From Marsupella aquatica (taxonomy: Eukaryota > Plantae > Marchantiophyta): 64,000 nt of DNA. Both the position numbers and the translations under genes were made by a program. The stretch is from contig OZ316899.1 of the NCBI GenBank assembly GCA_973895155.1, forward strand, positions 372,001 through 436,000. The letters run 5' to 3'. This document shows, piece after piece, positions 48,420 through 58,863 of the stretch. Numbering within the stretch: position 1 is the stretch's first letter; each line of letters opens with the position of its first letter. The notes beneath the pieces are model-generated. The model was given only the letters and a program-made list of their open reading frames with translations, was not told the origin of the DNA and searched no databases.

Positions 48420-50463
48420 TTAGGCGAGATAGCGATAGAGTTTCCTGTCAGATCTATCCCTTTCAAGAAATTCACGTTCAATAAGAGATTCGATACGCTT
48501 TTTAATGACTGCAGGGTTGGGAAGAAATCGGGCTTGTAACTGCTTTGTGACCTCGCTGATAATGTTATTGTGATCTAAAACACGTCTCGACTTCATAATT
48601 CTAACCACTGCTGCTTCTATCTGTGGCTTCCTATCTTCCTCCACTTTCTGGCGGGTTTCTTGCTTTTCAGGTTCACTCTCCTTCTGAGCAACTACTGTAC
48701 TAATCTTGACCTTGTAAAATTTACTCACAAACTTATCATTGAAAAGGAAAACATCGTCCTCCCTAATGTCCTTGCTCATCGGCTCCTTCCGCAGGACATT
48801 TTTGCCTTTCACACATGCTAGTGATTGGAGATTCCTCTTCAGATCCTGACATGGCATATCGGTAGCTTGCTCAATTTCTCGATAATTTAACTTGTCAGCC
48901 ATGTTGAAAAGCGAGAGGACACACATTTGATACGTTGAAACATTGAGCTCGTGTTTTTGTCCATTCCCAAAGGTGGCTTTCAGATCTGCAGTTCCCATGT
49001 TGGTTTGCCATGTAAGGCGCCGACCTGTATGTGTAGACAAATAGTAAGCCTTGAACTTGTCGCACATACTGAGAACCTCTGTTGGCAGATTACACCTAGC
49101 ACCGGATTGCGTTGGCCAAGAACCGGTTGTGAGCACCTGCACAGCTAGAGTGGGGCCTTCACTAGATTCGGTAGAAGAGAGCATGGCATTGAAACCATGC
49201 ATGGTATCCCTTGATGTCTTCATATCAGTGAACATGCCCTCGAGCTTGGATGTGAACTGGTATCCACACTCGGTCTTCAACTTAACAATCAAGCTTCTTT
49301 CAGCATCATCAGACACAGTTCTGCCTGACAAGAGACGCTTTGCCAGATGCTGCTTATAATACTTCTCAAATACGTCTTTCTCTTGCAAATACCGGAACAA
49401 CATCATCACCTTGTCCAGCACGGTCTCAACGTCCTCCTCGCTGACACCCTTCAAACCCTTACGAAGCTTATCATCTACAAAAAGAGAAATAAATTCCGGC
49501 GACCTAATATTGAGATTGATGAAGTACTCGAAGGAAGAATTCAATGCATTTTGAAAGGTCTTATCGTTGTTAAAAGACAAGCGTATGACATTGTCATATT
49601 TATCCTTCTCATCCAGTAGCCCTTGCACAAACTCTACAGGGTCCTTCAATCTTTCGGGATCCATCACAAGCTGTTTGCCGGTTTCTCGAAGATGGCTGAT
49701 CATGACCTCCCGAATAATTTGCAATCCGGTGGTAACACGACGAAACAGACTATACATTCGGGCCAGATCATCGTACTTATCATCGACGAACATGGACACG
49801 AGCCCAGAATTCTCCATCTCCACAAGAAGCTTCATGTGAGAACCGATCATTTCCCTCTCAACGACTGCAGTAATTTTCATCTCACTCTGTCCATCAAGAT
49901 AGTGAGTAACCCGCTCTATTTCTTCGTTGAGCCTCCTCTCTGCCTTTCTCAGATAGTCCGAACAATCACTGGTTTGAATGAATTGTTGTGATTCGAGTCT
50001 GTAGAAGTCGGCCGCGGCGTCCAGAAAGGGCTTCTCAAAGTCTTCCTGATACACAGTTGGCCCCAGATCCATTAACATCTTGGTAATGTTGCGCATCAAC
50101 CCCCTATTTATAACCTCACCAGTTCGTTCCCTATGTACAAGGTCAAGAAGTGTATCCAACAAGCGATCCCTGATTTTAGATGATCGGAGAATGTTATCCC
50201 TCCACAAATTGAGCCCCAGCTCATGAACAGGAGTCTTATTATAATTAGTCACATACGTTCTGTCCATATACATCAGAATGTCCCGAATCATCTGCAAAGA
50301 TTTGTTGTGCTCCAACCACTTATTGTTGAGTTCTTCCAAAAACAGCCCTCCTTGGGCAGACTCAATCGCCTTCGCAACTTCACGCAGATGCTGTGTCATG
50401 GTGTTAACGAGACCCGAATATAGTTTCTCGCCATACTTATGAAGGACCATGTTGTAGGCATTC
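48420..50463 (-). CDS. CUL3: Cullin-3, coding exon 2 (spliced protein 734 aa)
   Basis: Acceptor TGTAG|G AAT GCC TAC. NAYNMVLHK...cullin repeats, EKDVFEKYYKQHLAKRLL, neddylation motif IEAAVVRIMKSRR, C-terminus RKLYRYLA. The exons total 2205 nt in frame. Confidence 0.97.
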
Positions 50464-51162
50464 CTACACAACAATCCAGGAAGGTACAACACGTTACTGA
50501 AATAGCAAGCTACCACCTACAATAGGGACTAAATTTCTTGGATAAGCATGTTTCTGGGGCTTCCCAAATCACCAAGAGCCGTCGTAATTCCTAGAGAAAG
50601 CATCGCCACAACATCCCGAGCCCCTAAGGGATGCGACAGGACGTACGGGAGGAAGCGAGAGTAGAGTAGAGAAGAAAAGAGGGACTGTGGGTGTGTGGGG
50701 GGGGGGACTGCTATCACGCCGATAACCAGCCTCTAGATACCAGTTCTACCAAAGTGATAACACAGTTGACCAGGCACGCAGTACCGGGGAGGGACGACAA
50801 AATGACGGCGAATACCGAGGAGGGCAGGAACATGCTCCCAAGCACAGTAACGGTTACTCTTTCCCTGACAAATTGGTTTAAACTGCACGGAAGACAAGCT
50901 CCTCAAGCTCGTGCCCCCTGACCCTCGATAACTGTCCAAGAATACCCAATGCAAACGCAACGGAAGTACTAGTCTTCCCAAAAACCCGGAGTGGGCGATG
51001 TCGGCTGGTGGATATTAATCTGCAAATCGAGTCACATGACTCGAAAAATCGAACCAACAGGATAAATCCGGCTGAACTGCCGAAATACGTCTCTTTCGGC
51101 AAAGCGTGGAAACCTGAGAGAGTGGTTCACTGACCAACGAAGAGAATAGAGTAATTGCATAC

Positions 51163-51323
51163 CTGTACAGTTCCTCGAAGCTCAATCCGCTTGCATTGTG
51201 GTTGTAGATTTCTTGAATGGCATCCTCCAAGATTTTCCACGTCTTCTCTGCATACCGAGGATCCATCTCCACCTTATGCTTAAATGGCTCGATCTTAAAG
51301 TTCATCCTCTTTGGCTGACTCAT
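51163..51323 (-). CDS. CUL3: Cullin-3, coding exon 1
   Basis: MSQPKRMNFKIEPFKHKVEMDPRYAEKTWKILEDAIQEIYNHNASGLSFEELY-R; donor AG|GTATGC at 51162. Confidence 0.95.
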
Positions 51324-51628
51324 CGTGAAAACACCCGATGGACGGAGATGGAAAGGCACTCCAAGTGGCAGGGGTAGGAGGATGCGATCCAAATCAGAAG
51401 GAGCAGCACTCTTACTTCATGCTCGAACAGCTCCACCAGCTCAGAATAGAGTTCTCTCCCGGCATCCTCAACAATGATCTGCGGTGGCCGGTATAAGGAA
51501 GCAAGACCTGGAATGCACGTCGTACGAACCGTCTCGAGTAGTAAGATTTACTTCGTAATTTGTTGTACATAGGTACGAACGACAAAGACACGAGCGGATC
51601 TCGACTCGCAATCTGACAGAGGACCAAC

Positions 51629-51700
51629 TGGCTTAGGTCGGTTGGTTAGGGGATTAGTCCGGGACGTGAGATGCCCTGGGTTCAATACTGCAAGGGTGGG
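51629..51700 (+). mobile_element. Possible tRNA-derived SINE head
   Basis: A-box-like TGGCTTAGGTCGGTTGG and B-box-like GGGTTCAATAC at tRNA-like spacing; no TSD or tail identified. Confidence 0.3.
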
Positions 51701-51900
51701 GTGAGTTTTGTGTATGGGACTTTTGATTATCGACTCTTTTGTGTATGGGACTTTTGACTATCTACTCGGCCCCTGGTTGAACACTTTATGGCCCTGATTT
51801 AACACTCTCTCCCTCCTGGTGGAGTCCCTATGGGATGAGTGTGGGCTCACCCTGAAATGAGTTCCTTACAATGAATGTATGTCAAGGGAGAGTCTACTAA

Positions 51901-54800
51901 GAGCATCTCCAGTGGTTTGGAGTTTGCGCGCTGCTATCCCCATTGGATGGCGGAGAGTATGGCACTTGCCAAAATAGCAAGTGCCAAGACCTTTGCGCAA
52001 TCCCCAATGGTGACACCCCATTCTGACCTCCATTCGCTGACCACACGTACCAACTGGGCCCCACACGGATTACGAATTTTGATGTGCAAGAGAGAAGCCT
52101 GTTGTGCGAGAGAGAAGTCGAGGCGGGAGTCAAAGTCCTGCTGAAGAACCAGATGCGCCAGCATACAGATGTCGCTCTGGGTGCATCAATTTTTTGTGTT
52201 TTGTGCTACATGTGCGCCTTGATTTTGATGCGATCTCATTGAAGCGACCTTCAACTTCTGCGGTTTCAATCAGAATAAAATTCAGTTTGGCCAGGATTGT
52301 ACTATATCTGTTCAATGGAGCAACTGGAAAGATGGCTGGCGGATCTCGATGAAGAATTGGAAGAGGAGGAGGCTAAATGGGATGAGGAACAAAGATTGTG
52401 GAAGTTGATGATGTTCAGTGGACCCCTTGCTACTGCAAATTTTTCCAGGCAACCCAGGAAAAGAAAGCACAGAGGGTCTAGGCCAGGCAGGAGTGAGAAT
52501 GTGGAGAGGTGTAGAAAAGAGGGCAGAATACCTCTGGAATGATTATTTTTCTAATAGTCCAACCTGTGACGAGTTGAAATTTTGGAGGAGATTTAGAATC
52601 AGTAGAAGTTTGTTTAGCAAAATTCTTGTTGATGTGTGTGCACATGACACTTACTTTTGCCTAAAGGTTGATGTTGCATGGAAAGTAGACTTGTCTCCAC
52701 ATCAAAAATTTACTGCAACATCTTATGGAATTGGGGCGGATGCTTTGGAAGAGTACTGTAGAATTGGTGAAAGCAAAGCATTGGAGTCTCTTTATCGCTT
52801 TGTGAAAGCCATCACAGAGTGTATGAGGGTCACTATTTGAGGAAGCTAGCTGCTGAAGATTTCCAAAATCACCTTCAAATTAATGCAAATAGAGGTTTTC
52901 CAGGTATGTTTGGCTCATTGGATTGCATGCACTGGGCGTGGAATATTGCCTATTGCTTGGCAAGGCCAATACACTAACAAGGACAAGAACAAGTTTATCA
53001 TCTTGGAGGCCATTGTTAATCAAGAATTGTGGATTTGACATGCTTTTTTTGGACTGGCTGGGGGAAACAATGATCTCAATGTTCTTGACCGCTCACCACT
53101 TATAAATGAATGGTTGCGCAATGATTCAACCAATGTCAGTTTCCATGTGAATGGTACAGAGGGCAACAAGCTTATTTTGTGGTTGATGGAATTTATCCTG
53201 AGTGGTCTATGTTCATATCCACTATGCACATGCCACAATCTGAAAAGTTGAAGCATTTTGCAAGGTGCCAAGAAGTAGCCAGGAAGGATGTGGAGAGGGC
53301 TTTTGGGGTACTCCAAGCTAGATCTGAGATAGTGAAGAGGCCTGCATGGTCTTGGTATGAAAAAAACATTGTTAACATTTTGCTTGCACGTGTCATCCTT
53401 CACAATATGATTATTGAGGATGAAACGGATGATAATTTCCCTCCATATTTAAGAGTTGGCGTTGCAAGAGTTAACAGGGGAAATCTGCCGTGGTTGGAGT
53501 TCCTTGCTGCAATAGCTAAAATTAACAACAAGGCCAACCATTTTTGTCTAAGAAATGACATTGTTGACCACCTTTGGAGTCGAAGAGGGTCTGGCCTTTC
53601 TGACCATTGAAAGTCAGGTGAGTCTTTCTTTTTGAAATCTGCATTTCTTTTGGAGTCAAAGGTCAAAGTATTGCAGGAACATCTCGAGGCCAGGGTACAA
53701 TGACAGGGTACGAGTCACACTTGGATTGACTCGTTGAATAGGTACAACACACTTGGGGGATATTGTCGAGGCAGTTTGTTTGGTACCAGGGGAACAAAAG
53801 TCCACACAAGGAAATGTATGCAGCAGGTTTAAGCAACATAGACTTCTGCCTTTGTCACTCACATTGGAGCTGAAGTTTTACTTTTCATTTTGCTGCCTCA
53901 TCTGAAGCAATTGACATACCCTAAAATTTTGCAGGCTGAAATGAGGAGATCAGTTGGTGGAATGAGTGAATTGCTGGTTGCAAGCAATTGTATTTCACCT
54001 GGCCCATCCACTCACGCCAACATGGAGAAACCACAGTCGTTCAAGGAGGTCCATGCAAAACCCAGGGCTTTGCCAATCAAGGTACCAAGGAAGGGAAATA
54101 TTTCCAGGAAATCACTGTTGGAGATGAAGGTCATGGAGTTCCTGCCTGAAAATTTCTGAAGAGACACGCCTAATGGCAAGCATGGAGGATTCCAAAGAGG
54201 ATGATGTTGTGACAGATGCAGAGAGCACCAACAATGCATCCTGGAGTGACGATTGCTATGTGGTGATTACTCAACACCCCCCTAGCCCAATTCGCAGACC
54301 GCCGAGAGCTCAATCTTAGGTTTTTGTGGTGGAGCTTGGATTCTATACCATGGGCATGTATGTATTATGTTAGTTTTTTGCCCACAGACTTATGTTTTGT
54401 TATGGCAAAGTTCAACACAAGTAGGGTTGAAACTAGGAATGCCCATGAGGAATATGAAGGCCTTGCATTGCATTTAATTTCGTAATGACATTGTTTAAAT
54501 GTGATGAAACGGCCTCTGTCATTTGCAATTCAGTATGCAATGTCCAATGTTCACTGAGTGCAAGGAAGCAATTTTATTCATAAGAAACACATGAATACAG
54601 TTGAAGCCATTCAAGGTTGCAAAGAAATCCATGACTACAATTGGCTAGCCAATAAACTTTGGAATGAAAATCCAGCTTGATCAGGCTGAATTTTGCACTC
54701 AAAGTCTGCATTGTCCACAAACACTAAACCCTAATACATGTGGGCTTCTGGTCGGGCCAACCATTCTCTTGAGAAATATGGGAATTGGTTTCTGAATAGC
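51901..54800 (+). mobile_element. PIF/Harbinger DNA transposon, degenerate
   Basis: TAA followed by the TIR-like GAGCATCTCCA at 51901, with transposase fragments inside; the right TIR was not found, so the end is approximate. Confidence 0.75.
52297..53610 (+). pseudogene. Harbinger (DDE_Tnp_4/HARBI1-like) transposase, frameshifted
   Basis: LWNDYF...FWRRFRISRSLF, EYCRIGES, GMFGSLDCMHW (across frameshifts), GETMISMF/NNDLNVL region, VDGIYPEW, QEVARKDVERAFGVLQAR, VILHNMIIEDE. Confidence 0.9.
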
Positions 54801-54867
54801 AAAAGGAGCAGGTCCACTACTTTGCATCTGTGCTTTTAGCTTCATTCACTACAACACTACCGACCCC

Positions 54868-55270
54868 TTTTGCGAACCCCGTCCCATCGCAACTAACAAA
54901 GGACCAAATTATGAAATTCTGGCGTTTGCGAAACGCTACGCATCGCAACCCTTTCGCATTCTTTGAAACCCACAGCTTCGCAATCGGACTTTCGCAACCC
55001 CTTTGCAACACCTTCGCACACTGCAAAACTTATTTTATCGCACATAAATCACATTTATGCGATCTCGACAGACTCTTTATCGGTTTGCAACGCGCTCTGA
55101 ACTATAACTTATTTGCGAAGTTGTTGTCTTGACAATTCTGTTGCCATTCATATGGTATCACATAACTGCGTCAGTCAGGGTGTCGCACAATTGCGGAACC
55201 AAAAGTATCGCAATGTTCCAATACTCAATGTATGGCAAGTTTGCGATAGTATGGCGTTTGCATGTGTTTC
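54868..55270. repeat. CACTA left subterminal repeat array (TTGCGAA/TTCGCAA, both orientations)
   Basis: Many copies, e.g. TTTGCGAAC, TTTGCGAAAC, TTCGCAATC, TTTCGCAAC, TTTGCGAAG. Confidence 0.85.
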
Positions 55271-55491
55271 GCAAGGATAGTTTGAGGGCTGGGTTTTGTA
55301 TATTTGGGTTCATAATTGGGTTGGGGTCTTATTGCTCCACATGAAGATACCAAAGCAAAACTTTATATATGCCAAAAATCCCTGAATGTACAAAAATTAG
55401 GGTTTTCTAAAACCCTATGGGGTATCAAATACCAAGACACTGTCCTTTGACTAATCCATATGCCATATGGAGTGAACTACATCTGCATCCT

Positions 55492-57510
55492 CTAGAATGG
55501 AGCCCGCCTACTCCTCTTTGCTGGCCTCTTCCCCTTGTCCTTCTTGCTTTGGGCGGGACGAGCTGGACGAGAGGGGGGTGGTGGTGGTGGTGGCGGTGGT
55601 GGTGGTGCCTGCTGCTCCTCCCCATCTGGCTCATCCTCATCATCGTCATCATCCTCATCATCATCCTCCTGGTCTCCTGGTGTGCTAGGTGTGGCAGCAC
55701 TCCCTGCCCCTCTGGACCCACTCGTGGTGGCCCCGGTAGTGTCCCCATCATCAGCGCCGCTATCCTCCTCACTGCTATCCTCACTCCCCTCCTGCTCCTC
55801 CTTATCCTGCTTCCATGTCACAAGATTAATTCGGGTTTAGGGTTAATAGGAAAAATGTATAAACCTTATAAATGGAATGGGTGCGGGTTTAGAAAGGGTA
55901 CTACAAATCACTCACACTAGCCAACTCTGCATCAACCAACTCAAAGAGATGTCTGGCCCCATGCTCTGCCCCTATCTCCATCTCCTTTGTTGTTATCTTG
56001 CGGCGGTACCTCTTATACTACCACAAAAAAATGAAACACCAAAACATAAGGGGCCCGGGTTAGTAACTAAGGGTACTTAAGCAAAAAAGGAATCCTAAAA
56101 AGGGTAAAAAGGGTACCCTAACCAGAAAAAAACCCCATTACCCTAACAAACATTTGTCACTCGACACTAAACGTTTTTCAAAATGAAACAAGCTTTGCGA
56201 AATAGACTGCGAATCGGATTGCTTCGCAATGGCTTCGCAAACCTTACGGGAAAAAGGTTATAATAGAGTTTGCGAAACAATTGCGAGGCAACCCGCTTCG
56301 CAATTGTTTCGCAAACTGTGCTTTTAAAAAAATCCAAGAAATGGCTAAGGCACGCAATGTGTCAGGGTGACCTAAAACGAAAGGGGAGGCCATAAGGGGT
56401 AAAGCAGAGGTCTGCGAGGGGCATTGCAGGCAAGCAAACAACAATTGAAGGCGAAGGAAAAGAAGCAGGGGAGGAGGGGAGAGGACTCACGAAGGTTGCT
56501 TTCAGGCCGGGAAGTCCACCTTGCCCCATCTTGTGTGTGGTCTTGGGGCGTTTGCTGACTCGGTCTGCTGCAAGGATGAACTTCTGGGGTGGTGTCCCCA
56601 CTTCATCCACGATGTGCTGCAGCTGAGAGACCTTCTCAGCCAATGCCTTGAGGTCTTTGTCTGACTTCCCGGCCTGAAGTGCCTTGGCCTCCTTCTCCTT
56701 CCAGAATTGGAGGTCCTTGGCTGCTTTTAGCTGCACCTCGACCTTATAGAACGCGTTCCACACATCCTCTGTAAATTGCACTGGCCTCCTCACGTTCCTG
56801 TACTCCTGCAAGCTTGCCAGGTAGGCCCTCACCTTCCTCCTATCATGGTATCGTGCTTGAGACATTGAATTCGAAATTCTATCTGCAAGCCACTGGTCAT
56901 CAATCTCTGCTCCATTTGTGAATGAATCTTTGACCTGAGTCATTACTTTCCTCTACTCTGCTCTGCTTAGTTTCCCCCACTCAACACCTCGTGCAAAGCT
57001 AGTCCTCACAGCAAGCCTGATAGTGCTCTTTGCCCCAGTGTAGGCCAACTCAGTAGGAATGCCCTCAACCAAGGCAATCAATGGCAACTTCTTCCTCTCT
57101 TCCTCCTTTTTCCGCTGCGCCTCACGTTGTGCTCGAATCTCATCTCGTTCCTCCCTTCTCCTCTTCTTTTCGAGGGCTACAGGAGAGAGTACTCCTGCCT
57201 TAGCCCTCTCCTCCTTCTTTCGTTTCTTCTCTCTGGCCTTCTCCTCAGCTGCAGCCTTTGCCTCTTTCTCCCTCTGAGCCTGCCCTGCTGCAACCCCGGT
57301 TTGCAAAGCTTGCCCTAGAATTGCACTCAAAGAAGCAATCCCAGTTGGTGTACTCAAATCCAAATGGCTCAGCTGTGTGGCATTGAGATGCTCGGCCATC
57401 AAATTCGTCCATTGATTACTCTCCTCATTCCTGTTCCCTCCATTGCCATTGCCACTCCCACTCCCACTTGCCCCTGCCCCATCCCCTCCACGCCCTCCAC
57501 TAGAATCCAT
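55492..57510 (-). pseudogene. Second CACTA gene (TnpA-like accessory protein, multi-exon, domain unrecognised)
   Basis: ORFs 56953-57510 and 56362-56943 are the same frame separated by one TAG. Likely donor GTGAGT at 56490, a probable small exon at ~55918-56010, and an acidic/Pro-rich C-terminus ending KKDKGKRPAKRSRR. Confidence 0.6.
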
Positions 57511-58080
57511 AGCTATCCAACACCAAGCGCGCGCAAGCTCTCCTCCTGCCCTCCCTCACTTCAAAAAACGTCGAATGGGCCTCGTAACCCGGTGGGAAGG
57601 TCCGAATGCCCAGACAAAACACATTTGCGACGCAGTTCGCATCGCAATTTGCGAATCAGCCCGCTTCGCAACTAGTATCTCAACTTTCCAAAACCAATGC
57701 GAAACCACACGCTTCGCAAAGCCTTCGCAAAGCTGCAGAGACGCGAAAAAACGCTCTCGGGTTCTATTTTTCCGAAGCTGTTGCGAAACATTTTGCTTCG
57801 CAAATAATGTGACCAAATTCTGAAGCAGGTCGGTTCTCAATATCGTGGCAATTCCTGGCGAAATTTTTTTCACATTCTTTCCCTCCTCCTTTTGTTTAGG
57901 CCATGTAAGTTATACTATGCCCTTTTGTGTAATTAAGAAATTCCGCCGTTTCAAATCCCGGCGTTTGTTAGGGTTGGGTCTTGGATGAAGCTGGTTTTTT
58001 TAGGGGTTAAAAGCGAGATTACCAGTCAAACCTTCCGTTTTTTAAGCTATACATGGTGTGGGTGTAGGCTAATTTTGATA

Positions 58081-58320
58081 AGAGTTGGGTTTTGGTTTAA
58101 AATTAATAAGTGAGGAAAGGGTTTAGGATTAAAGTTGGGTTTGGGTTTAGGGTTTAAGTCTTTAATTTTGGGTTTAAGCAGGGTTTGCATTTATGGTTGT
58201 AGGCTTTTAGGGTTCAAGCAAGGGTTTAGGGTTTAAAACAAAAGAGAGAAAGGGGATTGGGAGTGAGGGTCTAGGTTTTTGTAATAGGTCAGAGGTTTGG
58301 GGGTGAGGGTTTGGAAAAGG
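58081..58320. promoter_or_regulatory. Telo-box-like (TAGGGTTT/GGGTTT) cluster in the divergent promoter region of the CACTA element
   Basis: GGGTTTAGGATT, GGGTTTGGGTTTAGGGTTTAAG, AGGGTTTAGGGTTTAA and similar, between the divergent starts at 57510 (-) and 58864 (+). Confidence 0.45.
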
Positions 58321-58863
58321 CAAAGCAAGGTTAGATGAGATTAATGTTTTAGTTGTTTTACCATGGGTTTTATGGGTTTTAATGGGTTTTATGGATCTTT
58401 TGGGTTTTAATGGTTTTTCCATGGGTTTTATGCTAACAAAGGAGGAGGAGCTATGACAACTTGCAGGGTGCGGCACTTTTGCATGAATTGATACTAGCTA
58501 ATGCGTATGCATCGTATGAGCCCGGGCATCTGGAGGTACGGACTAAAATAGATGGGTCTAGTTAGGCTTATTCATGTAATTAAAACTTTTGGTTCCCACT
58601 ATCTATAAAGAGGACATGTATGTAAGGTGTTCGCTTTGTGTACTTGCAGCTTTTCTCATACTTCCAGATTCGGTTCATTATTTTAGAGCCACAAGACCTA
58701 TTGGCACCGCTGAGCCTGGGTCTCAGAAAGGTATTTTTTAGTGTTCCTTTTGTGTTTGGTTTCATGTCATCATTACTTGAGAACTTACATTTGTCCAGCT
58801 TGATATTGTGATGTTATTTGGTAATAACCCCTAACTTGCAAATTATACATCTTTGTAGGGGCA

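Noticed and set aside
48951-50423. Several plus-strand ORFs overlapping CUL3
   Set aside because: Antisense shadows of a conserved coding exon.
50464-50516. N-terminus MVACYFSNVLYLPGLLC of ORF 48420-50516
   Set aside because: Intronic read-through; the real CUL3 N-terminus is exon 1 at 51163-51323, joined by a GT-AG intron.
55417-55920. Poly-W, poly-H and poly-G/S ORFs (55417-55920, 55425-55784, 55535-55840)
   Set aside because: Alternative frames of trinucleotide-rich sequence encoding the acidic/Pro-rich tail of the minus-strand CACTA gene.
58081-58420. Interstitial telomere or chromosome fusion scar
   Set aside because: Units are dispersed and degenerate rather than a tandem TTTAGGG array, and they sit inside a transposon promoter region.
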